A stretch of 64,000 bases of DNA from Leptogorgia sarmentosa (taxonomy: Eukaryota), in NCBI GenBank assembly GCA_964658305.1, contig OZ210885.1:19406001-19470000 (forward strand), written 5' to 3'. The position numbers and the translations under genes are program-made. How positions within the stretch are numbered: the first letter of the stretch is position 1; every line of letters starts with the position of its first letter. Under the pieces are notes generated by a model. It saw nothing but the letters and a program-made list of their open reading frames with translations, searched no databases and was not told where the DNA came from. Shown piece by piece: positions 25,724 through 39,218 of this stretch.

Positions 25724-26394
25724 TATTGTTATACCTGGTATGCGTACTTCTAATAGTACTGTTTAGTATTAAAATATTTGGTAGAAAAATTTAACTTACA
25801 GATTTTTTCCACAATGTATAACTTTTTCTACAATTTTTTCTTGATTGCTACAAAAAAAAGCTCAGTATTAATTTAACAATGCAGTTTTCACACTTTGTTA
25901 TGGAAACATAGATCAAAAGAAACATGAAAACACAGACAAAAAATGTGGTGCAATTACAGCACCAAAATACAACTCGAGTCAGCAAACTAATAACTGACAA
26001 AAAATGTGGCACAATTACAGCACCAAAATACAACCTGAGTCAGCAACTGGGGACTGACAAATCTCATCTTAGAACTGTTCCAAAAATCAACCTAAAAATA
26101 AGAAAATAGTTAAACAGAACAGTGGTATGTAAACTGTAATATTGTTAACAGTATTGGTGCCAGGACCTGTCGACCGAGAAATACACATTTGAAACCTGTG
26201 GACCGATTCTTCAACTGCATGTCGAACGTCGACGGAAAAGAAATGATAGCGAGACCGTGTTGCACGAAGGAAAAGAAATCATAACGAGACTGCGTTGAAA
26301 CAGCAGCATGCAGGAAGGAAGGGAAAATGTTCACTGTAAATTATCTTGAAACAGTAGCATGCATGCATGAATCATCATGTCACTTATCATTTGG

Positions 26395-29300
26395 AAATAA
26401 TTTGAGCGAGGATTTCGTAATGCAGATTCGTCAATCACTTCCTCTGTATCGAGATGAATTTCAAGCCCTTTTAGTGCAAGCCCTTTGAAACGTGTTTCTG
26501 TCATGGTGCTTCGGAGGTATGTCTTCAGAGTTGTCTTAGAACGGAAATGGATCTTTCAAATGTGCACGATGTAACAGGAATAGTTGCAAAAATCTGGAAA
26601 GCTGCATAGATGTTGGGAAAACTTACAGCGGTAAGTTTCGCAGGTAGAGGACCCTTCACCATTTGACAACGTTGACCCCACATTTCCAGTTCTGTATCCA
26701 ACACCAACCTCACTGGTTGAGGCAAATCATCCTGGTAAATCTCCAGAACTTTAGAAAATTTCGTCTGCCAGTCCAAGTTTGGATTCGGGACTTACGATGA
26801 TCAAGGAATGGGATAGTAAAGACTCTCCTTTAGTAGTCAATGGTGCAATAAATGAAAATGAAACGGTGGCATGAAACAAATAAAAGGCCTTTTTAACTGA
26901 GTCAGGATTCCAGGTGTAATCGACGTTAGCTTTAATAATCTCGAAAATCTGACGATTTTCGAGTGACGATCGCTCTGAAAACTTCGATAAAAACATCCAA
27001 TTGGGGGAGAAAACTCAACATTCATGTACATTGATTGATGTAATCCTAACCTCTTCCGAGAATAACATTAAGCAATCGAAGGTCATCCCGAATCCAATAA
27101 GCGATGTGGTTATGTCAACTCTAATCCTTAAGAAATGTCATCCAAAGCCAGTCTGTTTTTGTTCGAAGCTTCAAGAAATACAACCCAGAGGACTTTGGTA
27201 AAGACATATCTAATACTTCATGATCCGTCATTAACAACTTTGACGATGTCAATGACAGTTTGAATGCTTTTGCTGTTTTATTTAATGGGATTCTTGATCA
27301 ACATGCACCAGTCAGAAAAGTTAAAGCCAGAGTTCGTCCAAATCCCTTTGTTACAGAAGAGATTCGAAAGCTGATGAGAACAAGAGAGTGTTGGAGTAAA
27401 ATAGCTCGGAAAACAGGTGATCCTGCTGCGTAGTCTACTTACAGGAACTACAAATGAGTTGTTAAACGGAAATTACGTCAAGCACAAAGGTCATATGTGG
27501 AGCAGGATATAAAGAACCCAAATGACACGGGCAATATGTGGAAAGTAATTCGAAAATGTATTCCCAAGAAACAAAGAAGTCATTCAGTAAAGATGATAAA
27601 TCTGTGGCAAACAACTTTAACGAATTTTTGACAACTGTCGGTTCAAACACTGTCATGAAAATTAAATCTGTTGCCAACGAAAATAATTATACTCCCTCCC
27701 CATCTGTCCCAACCAGTTACACCGAGTCGGATCAATTTACCTTTGAACCTGTGGAATGTTCCTTAGTGGAACGTATTGTGAAGTCAATGCCTGATAACAA
27801 GGCACCTGGAAGAGATAAAGTACCTATTCGTGTTATCAAGGACTGTCTTGCTGTTATTGCACCATAGATTACCTCCATCATAAACCAATCGTTAGTCAAC
27901 AATATTTTTCCAAGTGCTTGGAAAACTGCTGAAGTAATTCCCATTGCACAATATACTTCTTGCTAAATTGGAGGATGTTGGCGTTTCATCTTCATGCCTG
28001 ACTTGGTTTAAAAGTTATCTGAGCGAAAGATATCAAGCAGTACACATAAATTCTACTCTATCTGAGAAATTGCCAGTGGTTAGTGGTGTCTCACAAGGAA
28101 GTATCCTTGGTCCGTTGCTGTTCAGTATCTATGTCAATGATCTACCGTCTGTCACTAAAACCTGTTCCTCTGAATCGTACGTTGACAATACTAAACTCCT
28201 TCTTTCCTTCCATATCAATGACTCGAATGCTGCTCTGGTTGACCTGAATGAAGACGTAATTAGAATTCGAAACAGGTGTTTTGACAACCTGCTCTTGCTC
28301 AACCCAGGCAAGACCAAATTGATGGTTTACAGAAGTCGTCAAATGCTCGCAAGGCTACCCGAATTTAGACTGTTACTACTTGGTAAAGAACTAACACCTG
28401 CTGCAACAGTCAAAGATCTGTGAGTTACGTTTGACCCAATCCTCTCCTTCCACAACCATATCCTTTCCATCATATCGTCCTGCAAATCAATCCTCTGTCA
28501 AATAAATCCAGCTAAACACACCTTAAAAATCTTTTAGTAACTGTAATCAATGCTTTGGTTTTCAGCAAGCTGTACTACTGTTCCTCACTTTGGTCAAACA
28601 GCAGTAACCTATCCCGCCTACAAGGAATCCAGAATTTCGCAGCACGAGTAGTGACGAATAAAAGAAAGTTCGACCACATCACCCCGATTCTAAAGGAAAT
28701 CCAGTGGCTTCCCGTGAAATTGCATCTCTACTGTTGTGATGCTCTACTAGCCTTCAAATTCAAAAACAATTGTGCCCCATCTACTTGTCCTCCTAGTTAA
28801 TAACCAGAGGTAAAGTGAGCTCCCGTGAGACACGAAATGCACGGCATCTGAAAGTTGCATTATACAAAACAACTACCGGACAAAGAACATTGCATTATCG
28901 AAATGTCACTTTTGGAACAACATTGGCCCTGACTTAAGTCAGTGCAATTCCATTTCAAGACATCAACTTCTCCAGGAATTCCTGGATAGTTAAGTAGTTA
29001 ATCAATCCGCAGCTTCGTCAGCAAAAACTGAGATTTGTGATTCGTCTGATTTTGTTTGTTATAAACAGACCAGAGATGTCAAAAAACTCGTTCTGGTTCG
29101 TTTTGGATTTGTAAGTAAGGTTTTTAGGGGTGCTTTTAAAATACCCCTCTAGTGACTGGCCGGCACAAATGACACCATACTTTATAATTTCTATAAAATT
29201 ACCAGGGTTCACGTCATCTGACAAATAATATTATTGTGCCTCGTCTCTGTGACCTCATAGTGCGATATCTTGTCTTCCAAATAGAAATATTGCATGAACA

Positions 29301-29575
29301 ATAGGTCGCAGGTGTTTCCTGTTCTCTTCTATCTGCCGTTTCTTCACTTCATCTAACATAGCCTCAATAGGTGTTGATTTTCTCTCCATGTAAGATCTGA
29401 ACAGAGATGCACGAGTGGTGGGCATCTTGTGAAGTTCCAACTTTTCAGAATGATCATGAAATCTTGACGTTGCTACATTCCAACTTTTTAAAGGTAACTT
29501 GAACAATCTCTGAAGTTTAGAGGTGTTATGCATAATGGCACTTTCGAGACTGCTGTGGTCATTTATTCTATCCAA
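26395..29575 (-). pseudogene. hAT transposase (PRKRIR/THAP12-like), degraded and split by a LINE
   Basis: FGRQDIAL.GHRD, NPGNF and FPNIY..IPVTSCTFERSISVLRQLKTYLRSTM. Confidence 0.8.
27001..29000 (+). mobile_element. L2/CR1-group LINE fragment (RT, degraded)
   Basis: TLIDVILT, KAPGRDK, WFKSYLSER, GVSQGSILGPLLFSIYVNDL and QNFAARVV..FDHITPILKE. Confidence 0.88.
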
Positions 29576-29579
29576 AGTA

Positions 29580-30647
29580 TCAGTTACCCAGCAGAAGAAA
29601 TTTGATGAGAAAAATCCCTGCTAAGTATAATGAGATCAAACAAAAAGTTAAGGATGAGCTCAAAGATGTTTGCCTTACAACTGATATATGGACTTCCGGA
29701 AACTGCTAAACTTACATGACTGTAACTCGCTATTTCATTGATGACTCCTAGCAGCTAAAATCTTACGTTTTAGAAACTTTCAACCTTAGTGTTCGCCACA
29801 CCACAGAAAACATTGCTTCTGAACTGATCAGAATAGCCAATAAATGGAGTATCTCAGAGAAGGTGGCTGCGTTAACGACTGACAATGCGTTGAATGCAGT
29901 TGCTGCTGCCAGAATAACAGGGTGGAAGCATATCCCTTGTTTTGCCCACACGCTTAACCTGATTGTCAAGGCGGCTCTCAAGAACAACTTGCAATGCCTG
30001 AAAGAAGTTGATTCAAGATGTTGACACTAGATGGAACTCAAAATAATGAAGAAACACAGGGAGTTCAGTCTTAAAACCACGAGTTAACTGATTTATTATC
30101 ATCACAGGAAAATCTGCCAAATCAAGATGAGACAACAGAGTTCCCATCCTCAAGCAGTCAAACCAGTAATGTCCTGTGGCAAGAATTTGATTTAAGGGTG
30201 TCAAATGTGGTAAACATAGGGGGGAATAATGCTTCATTAAGAAAGTACAAAAGATTTTAGTGATAAGATTATTAAAAGAGAAGATGATCCAATGAATTGG
30301 TGGCTTCTTAGTGGGAGGTATTATCCAAGCATGAGCATGTTAGCAAAGAAGTATTTATGCATAACAGCTACATCTGTCCCATCTGAACAACTCTTTTCCA
30401 AAGCTGGAGAATTAGTTTCACATAAGCGAAGCTGCTTAAAACCAAACAATGTAAATATGTTGCTTTTTCTGAACCAAAATATTTGACATTTGAAAAAAGT
30501 TATAATGGTGTATGCTACTTCAGTAAAATTGTATTTTTTATACAATTTACAGTATCGGTATCGAATATTCTATCGAAACAGTGGTATAGAAGAAAAAATA
30601 ACCGGTATCATATCAAAATCGATCTCACTAGTATCACCCAACCACTA
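29580..30647 (+). mobile_element. hAT (ZBED1/4-like) 3' fragment with right terminus
   Basis: LTTDIWTS, TTDNA, CFAHTLNL and ATSVPSEQLFSKAG. Ends GTATCACCCAACCACTA with GTATCG subterminal motifs. Confidence 0.82.
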
Positions 30648-31555
30648 TTTGTAACTAATAATCAAATAACTAGCCACTATATACTAGAAGTGCAAACTGT
30701 TGTCGTACGAATATAAAACAATTTACGATTCTATACCGATTCTTTACCTTTCGATATTGAAATTAGAACAATAATAATATTCATAGATTACATTATAATA
30801 AAGGAATGAAAACAGCTGTTTTTCAAAATAAGCCTTTTAGATTAAGCTCAAAACAATTATGGATTTCCCATTTGGGGGACAAATGACACTATAATTTGGC
30901 AAGGCATAAAATGAAAATGTCCTGGATTGATCGACGACATAAAATTTCCTTTAAAGAAAATGTATAATGTAAGACAAGAATTCCTGAAAAAGTCGAAGAA
31001 ATGAATAGGAAGATTCTAGAGATATCAATTACATAAAAAGACAATGCTCAAGATTTATCTAAAACAAGACATTGCACAATCAACCATATGCAGCATTTAG
31101 TTTATTTCACAAGTCAGTTTTAACAATTAGGACACACTTTAATGACTATTCGGCACATGCTACAGCATAGGTGCCTGCGCTAGCACAGACATAAAAAATG
31201 TATCTTTGCAGTGCAACTCCAACACAGGCTTCTGTCTCCTACATATAGCTCCAGTATCTTTTTCCGTAATAAGGTTAGGTGTAGGAGTGTTTGTTGAACC
31301 ACAGTCAATAACAAATTGTAATACAACGCAGTGTAGTTGACATTTATGTGAAGTGAAAAAAAATACAGTATAAATGAGTCTGTTCGAAAAATTAATCTTT
31401 AACATACCATTAATATACCACACAGTTTTTGTGAAAATTGGAAGACCAGTCCAAGGTTGTAAACAAAAATTGTCCACACTGAGCACAAAAAAAGTTTTAG
31501 GGAAAAAGTTAATATACATTGTTCGTTAAAACATATGAATTAAACTTAAACAACT

Positions 31556-31960
31556 CAGTGGCGTGGCTAGGTTCTGCAGAGTGGGGGTCATTGCGAGCGG
31601 CAAAGGAGTGCGATTCCGAGGGAGGTTCAGAGGCATGCTCCTGAGAGAAAATTTTTTATCTCTAGGGTCTCTCAAATGCTATTTTCCACTTTTGGGGAAG
31701 TGTAAGGAAAAGCCAAATATGGTTTTGCGAAATCTCGACCCAATTTACATATGATATACTGGGTAAACACAATATTATATGCACATGAACATATGTATCA
31801 AGCACTCTTTTAGGTTTTTGTTAACCAACTTATGCTGTATCGTATAATATCTAATTGTATTATAATTGTAGATCTTCCTGTGGCATGCGATGAGACTGAA
31901 GAATCTTCTGCTGAAAATTCAGGTACTGGTAATAAAATCATGAATTTCTTTAATATATGG
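31556..31960 (-). mobile_element. Orphan hAT terminus with possible dimerisation-domain remnant
   Basis: Starts CAGTGGCGTGGCTAG; subterminal region resembles 21940-22030. No partner end found. Confidence 0.5.
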
Positions 31961-33227
31961 TGCTTTATCATATTTGATCTTTGAGATTAAAGAAAACCCT
32001 GAGAAAAAAGGATAGGCAGATGCCAATATTGCCATATATAATGCAATATGCAATAATCGGATAGCTCCAGAATATACCGTTAGAAAAAGGAGATTTTTCG
32101 GGAGGGGCAAAGAGAACGAGCGAGGTTTTGTTAATAAAACGTTTATATATATACAGTGTGTATTTCTCAACTTGTGTTGGGAAAACGGGAGGCAATTCTC
32201 AACAACTGGCACCTCCGAGGGGATTTGTGAGATTTTAAGCTCAAACAAGAGCAAGAACCTAGCATACTTATCGAGTGACAAATCGAAACTAAACGAACAC
32301 ACAACAGTGATATACGGACGCTATTTATCGAGTGATTTATTATATATACCTAAACAAACGAAGTGAAAGAAAAGCATGGAGACAAAACTGCAAGAGCTTG
32401 ATGGGAAACTACGAACATTAAAATTTACATTGGGTAAAATCGAAACGAGAAACCTCAATGTGATAACAAGACACAAAGCATCAATCAAAGGTAAAATCAA
32501 AGCGAGTCCCGCCTTAAAAGATGACATTATAGAATTGAAATTCGGTCTGGAACAAACGGAAGAGCAAGTGCAAGAATGGTGGCTTCTTGACATCGAGGGA
32601 ATTTTGAAAACAGCCGATGAGAAATTGTTAGATTTAAAACAAATAAAAGAAAATATAGCGAAGGAAAACCAGGCCGTTGAATTGGCCGAATCAGTTACAC
32701 AAGAGAGGGCAATCGAGGACCAGAAGCATGAACAAAAAATGAGTCACGAACAGGAACTTTACGAACAACTGTTACAGTTTCAGAAGGTGTTAGCAAAGGG
32801 ACAGCAAATTCAAGTGAAGAAAGCGGCGTCGACAAAATTCCCGATACTATCTATTATGCAGTTCAATGGGAAATGTGAGAACTGGCCACCCTTTAGGAAC
32901 AAATTTGTTGCTGAAATTGACGGTGCCTATCTGTCACCTGTTACAAAGTTTACCTATTTGAAGGAGTTTGTTAAGCCGAAGGTGACAGCTGGTATCGATG
33001 GGTTGCCTCTAACCGTAGAGGGGTATGAAAGGGCAAAAAATATCTTGAAAAGGAGTACGGCAAACCGAGCAAAATTGTCAATGCCTATGTCCAATGCATA
33101 TACCAGTGGTGAAAAGTACTGATCCAGCTGAGTTATAAAGTTCTGCTTTTTAATGCACAATCACTTGAAACAATGGGAAAGGTTGAGCGTGTGAATGGAA
33201 TGATGCGAAGTGTGCTTGACAAATTGC

Positions 33228-36200
33228 CAGGGATGATTATAAGAAGATTTTTTCAAGACAAAAATCTTCTTAATTCTTATAATCATTATTAGAAGATTTA
33301 AGACATTATAAGAAGATTTTCGACATTCAAATAAAATGTGATGATGTCATTTTTTTTTGTTACGTCATTTCTTGATGACGTCATTTTTATAATTTATGCA
33401 GTAGTCTGTAGTCATAAAAAATTGGGCCTGGCTGTTCGAAATGTGGATAATGCTATCCACTATAACCAAACCTCAAACCTAACAATAGAAAACATATTTA
33501 CAACTAGAAATTCCATTTGAAAACTTATCGTTTATCATAAACTCGAACATTGTTTGACACTTTGACTGTATATCTGTAAAGTTTTAAAACTAAGGATTCG
33601 TCGAGGAATCTAACACGACTATTTTCAGTCCTCGTCCACTTCCATCACTCCATCGCCTTCATCACTTTCACACTTGTAGCAATCATTTAGTGGATCAGCA
33701 ATCTGAATTGTATTGGTCTTAATATATACCAGCTTCTTCACCTTCTCTAGAGAAAGGCGGTTGCGTAGCTTTTAGTGTATAAACCCAAATGTGGAGAAGT
33801 TCCTCTCCGATGCTGCGGACGATGGTGCCATGGTAAATACCTGGATTGCAAGATTTTGAAGCAACGGCCAGTCGGTTCCATCTGCCATCCACCACTGCAG
33901 CACCGATTGAGACTCTCCAATCATCTTAAAGCGAAATCCATTCTTCTCTCTTTCTTCCAAGGCATCGATGCGGAAGGCCGTATACTCCTGTGCAAGCTTC
34001 TCTTTTCTCTCGTAACATGTGGTACCGTCTGGTGTGGGGAATTGGAAAATAAAATCTTCTATCTCCTTGCGAAGTTTCCTTGTCATGTTATCTCCCAGAT
34101 AGCGAGGATCCAAGAGATATGCCACGCCATGCGCTTCTCTGTACGTGAATTCAAAGCGTGTTCGCACCAGCTTTACCAGATATGACTTCTTCTCTGCGTT
34201 AATACCAACAAGCCCACTCATCTTACTCTCTAGGTCAAGAAACGATTTATACACGTCGGAGCAAGGTACGGCGTCGCTTTGGAACACCTTGATCAAGGAA
34301 TCAATGGGATGCAGTATCTTGATGCACTCATCGAGCTTGGTCACGAAATCAGGGTCGGTGATGATGCCTTTGATCGCCGCTCGGTTCTCCTTCTGACTGG
34401 CGTTGCCAATTGTAGTGAAATCGCACTGGGATACCAACCCATTTAATACGTTATCTGCTGCACGTAACGATTTAAAACATCCTTGGATTGTTCCCCAACG
34501 AGTCGGAGCGGGACGGACGAGACCGCTTAACTTGGCCGAATTTAACGCATTCTTCAGGTCAGCCATTGGAGCGTGGTGGTTGTAGAAGAACTTCACCACA
34601 TTCTTGCAGTCGGCAGCAAAGAATAGAAGATCTTTGAACGGATATCCTTCCGGGTATTGAGCAGGGCCACCGTTATCATGCTGCTTCTTCGTGGCTGCGA
34701 AGATGTCTTTAACTAGAAGATTCAATCCGTGAGAGACACAGCCATGGAAGAAAAGATTGGGATATTTCTCTTCTAATTGCTCCCAAGCCTTCTTATTGGC
34801 TGCTGTGTTATCCGTCACGCAACCTGTCACATTTCCTCCGACGCCATCAATCACACGACTTAAATCCTTAGCGATCCATTCTGCAGTATGTCCTTGGGCC
34901 CCAGTGTGAACAGCTTCCAAAAACAAACATTTGGTTGGGCAGACTGCCATATAGTTGACTATCGGTTCTTGCAATATACTGGACCATGCGTCGCTGGTAA
35001 TGCAAATATACTGGGAGCTAGCGGTTAGCAGCTTATTAACTTCTGCCTTGACCGTTTGGTAGCAACCTTCCAGCAAACCACCTGAGCTACCACCTCTTTT
35101 GCTTGAACTTGATGCAATTAGGGTAGCCTGCACTTTTGATTTCTTAGCAGCTCCACCAGTCAGGTCGGTCACTTTGTTCCTTGTACATCATGATTTTTTT
35201 GAATGGCTTGCAATTACGTAAGTGCGTCGCCACAGACAGAGTTTTATGATGGTGACGTACCGATTCTTTGCAATGCTTGCAAATAGCATTGTTTGGACTT
35301 TGTATGCGGTGGACAGCTGGTTCATCAAAAGCATCGCTCCAGATTTGGTGGACTGGCTTTCCTTTTTCACGCTTACCAGTTTTTCGGACTTCTTCAGGCT
35401 CGTTTGCTTGTGACTCTTCTTCTGTCAGTTCTGTGACCATGTTCTCAGTTTCTGTTCCTCCTGAACTGGCTACTGGCGCTACACTGTCTGCTGTATTGCT
35501 CATGATTGACAACACAGAGGTGTCAGAGCTGAAAGTTATAGAATATAGAGGGAGAAAAGTCTGAGTAGTTATTACTCAAGAAATTTTAGTTATTTTACAG
35601 CAATTAGTGTTTTAGGTTTTTTGTAAGATAACTTAATTTAAGTTTGTATTGAGGGACATTTAGTAAACAATAAAAAAGTATAACACCAATATTTTCTGTC
35701 GGGAGCAATTATTTTTAGCGCGAACGGCAATATTGTAATGAAAGTACTGCATGTCTGCGCAAGTTGCTGAAGTATTAAGGTAAGTACAAGTATGAAGTAT
35801 TAAGGTAACCTTTTTGCATTTTAAATAGTGTTAACTTTTGACAAAAATAAAGAAAGACATCAAGCATACTGTATATAAAGACGCTGCGATAATGCACTAG
35901 CAGGTTTGGCTGTTTTTATAATTTTGTAGTTTTACTTTTATAATAGAATTCATTAATTCGCTGAACAAATCTATAAAGTCTATAAATTAAAGAGCTATAT
36001 ATAAATCACAAACTTGGCACTTATACTTATATATTAAATTGTAATTTATTGTATAATAAATAAATATTTATAGTTACGTACCTTGAGCTCCTACATTTGC
36101 TTAATAAATAATAATTGTTTAGAGAATCTTGACCATTGGCTTAAAAATTATAAAATATGCACAAGGGCATATAAACTAAAGTTACTAAACCATTTGACCT

Positions 36201-36559
36201 TTGGACCGATTAAGATTTGAGATTGGTTACCAGGGAAACACACAATCTTTTATTTTTCCAAGATGGCGGATATAGAATATTGTTTCAGAAATTGAGTTGA
36301 GGTGACTTTAATATTGTGAAGTGGTGAACAATGAAATTTAGACCACAGGTACAGACTACTGCCGAGTACAGACGACTATAATACTATATAGAATTATTTA
36401 GCACTACAAAGTGTTAAACATTTTTTTTAATAATTAATAATTCATTATATAAAAAAAATTTTTAAATAATATAAGAAGAAATTTGGTGGAAAAAAAATCT
36501 TCTTATAATATTACAAGAAGATATAAGAAGAAATAATATAAGAAGATTTATCATCTCTG
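33228..36559 (-). mobile_element. hAT transposon inserted in BEL gag
   Basis: TIR CAGGGATGAT / ATCATCTCTG. 8-bp TSD CAAATTGC at 33220-33227 and 36560-36567. ATAAGAAGAT subterminal repeats at both ends. Confidence 0.93.
33625..35515 (-). pseudogene. hAT transposase (BED finger, DUF659, dimerisation); frameshift near 35170 and stop at 33772
   Basis: CKHC..HLRNC, TSDAWS, VTDNT, GCVSHGLNL, PTRWG and SSAASERNFS. Confidence 0.92.
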
Positions 36560-39218
36560 CAAATTGCCAGGGATAAAGAGTGACCTAGTGAGAGGATGGG
36601 GGGATTGGCCAGAATGGGATTTACCACATCTTATTAGAGCTTTAAAACAATGGAGGGACATAAATCATAGTGATAAAGAGATTGTCAAGGACGGTGACAA
36701 AGAGAGACGAAAGGGGAGTAGACAAGAAAGTCTATTTAATTCCAATGCCCGTGAACGGCCTTGTGTGTATTGTGATGACGTCATCCATGGTCCACGAGAG
36801 GGTACACGTGTGGTGAGTGTGGATGACAGAAAGGGGATTCTAGCCAGGAAGAAATTGTGTTTCAATTGTACGGCCCCAAAACACCAAGCTAATGAGTGTC
36901 AAAGTACAATTGGTTGTCGAAAGTGCAACTTAAAGCACCACATTTCAATATGCACTTTGAAAGAAAGTCTTAAGGTAGTGACAGGGGGGCGTGCATGTCA
37001 AGTGGTATACCCGGTCGTCGACGTAACCGTTGAGGGTGTGATATGTCGAGCACTACTTGACACAGGAGCAGGAAACTCTTATGCTTCTGCTGCTCTCTTG
37101 GACAAACTTCCAAGACAATCTCAATCCAAAAAAGGTCGACAAATAGAAATGATGTTGGGTTCGACTACTCATGAAGTGTCTATTTCTAACATCAACGTGG
37201 GAGCTACCAACAACAGTTTTAAGATGGATGTCGAAGTGACAAGAGTCGAACGCGGAAATCCAAATTACGAAACTCTGGTGGATTCGTATCGTCATCTCTA
37301 GGCAGTAAGTATGGAGGACAACGATAGTAAACCTCTTCTACCAGCACATCTCATCCTGGGCGCAAGTGTGTACGCAGCTATCAAGATAGCAGAGCCACCC
37401 CGTGTTGGTCTCCCAAGAGAACTGGTAGTGGAGAAGACCAGGTTCGGATGGACAATGATGTCTCCGGGTAAGGAATTCGACCACTCAAAGATGCTTCTGA
37501 CACAGTCAAGCCAGTCAGATTACGAGGACTTATGTAGATTGGACGTATTGGGGCTGGAAGACAAGCCTCAACATGATCAATATGCGTCCATGCAGAATTT
37601 CGTGAGCAGCTAGTACGAGATCAGGAAGGGTGGTATGAGACAGGTTTACTTTGGAAAGGGAGCCACCCCCCTCTACCAAATAATGAAACAGGCAGTTTAC
37701 GGCGACTAACGCAACTCCATAACAAGGTACAACAGATGGAAATGACCGAGAAATATGCAGAGGTGATCAATCAACAAAAGTCAGAGGGGATAGTGGAGTC
37801 TGCAACCGAACCATTAACCAGAAAAGAATTTTACATACCCCACAAGCCTGTTATGAGAACACAAGCTGAGTCAACCAAACTACGTGTTGTTTACGATGCT
37901 TCAGGACGAGAAAACCTACAAGAACCAAGCCTTAATGATTGTATTTATGCCGGACCTCCGCTTCAAAATCAGTTATGGAACGTATTGGTATGTGTTCGGT
38001 TTCACCCAGTTGCAGTAACCAGGGACATTAAACATGCTTTTTTACAAGTCTGTATCAGGAAAGCAGAGAGAGACTCACTCAGATTCCATTGGAAGTCCAA
38101 TAAACAGTCATTAGTCGAAACATTGAGATTCACACGAGCGCTATTTGGTCTAGTGTATTCACCATTCCTTCTCGGTGGTGTCGTTGAACGTCACCTGGAA
38201 TCGTGGGAAGAACGTGAACCACAGCTGGTTGCTGAAATCCGTATAAGCCTCTATGTTGACGACCTGCCGAGTGGTAAGCCAACCGTAGGAGAAGCAAAAA
38301 ATTTGAAGGAAGGAGCTATTAAGATTTTTCAAGATGCCTAGTTCACATTACACAAATGGTATTCAGATGATCCTGAGTTGGAAAGCAAACAGTCCAGCGT
38401 GGAGATGGAGAAAACCTTTGCCAAACAGCAACTTGGTGCACCAACTTCTCTGGAGTCAAGTCTTCTCGCCTTGTCCTGGAACAAGGAAGCGGATGAGTTC
38501 AGTGTTGTCGTCCCCAAGATGAAACCAAACGTGACTAAGAGGGAACTTTTGAGCAATCTAGGCAGCATTTATTATCCCTTGGGCCTTGTAGCACCAGTGA
38601 CACTAAAGGGAAAGACAATCTACAGAGAAACTTGCAAGGCAAAAACAGCGTGGGATGCATCACTTCCAAAACCACAAGCAGCAGAATATGGACGATGGGT
38701 AAAGGAACTGCCTAGACGTGTAACTGTACCGAAAGCCTTGACGACTAAGCGTGAAGCTGTAGAAGAAATTGAGCTGCACACATTTGGGGATGCAAGTGGG
38801 AAAGGAGTTTGTGCAGCCCTCTATGCAATTGTGAAACAAGGGGTTTAGTCGCTGCCAGAGCAAGATTAGCTAAACAGGACTTGAGCATACCTCGCCTAGA
38901 ACTTGTTTCCGCCCATATGGCAACAAATCTGATGATGAATGTTCAACAAGTGCTTGAAGGAATGCCAGTTACGGGAACCTACGGATGGTTAGAAAGCACG
39001 GTAGCGTTGCAGTGGTTAAAAGGGGGAGGAGAATATAAACAATTTGTGGCAAATCAGATGAGAAAGATTCAAGCTTGCCCAGATATAATTTGGCATCATG
39101 TCCCAAGTCAAGACAACCCTGCTGACCTGGGAAGTCAGGGAGGACAGGCAACTGGAAATCTACTGTGGTGGAAAGGACCTCTGTGGTTGAGTAATCAGAG
39201 CGACTGGCCGAGAGATAT

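Larger units (their letters stand above)
5122..25740 (-). mobile_element. Helitron (Helitron2/Helentron-type) with nested insertions; 5' end not located
   Basis: 3' end shows the 16-bp palindrome ACGCTCTGCAGAGCGT followed by CTTG|TTT on the minus strand. OTU-OTU-ZnF-DUF6570-Rep-PIF1 pieces are collinear on the minus strand. Confidence 0.75.

Noticed and set aside
30650..31550. Possible host exon (ORF 31160-31519)
   Set aside because: No recognisable domain and no linked exons; left unannotated.
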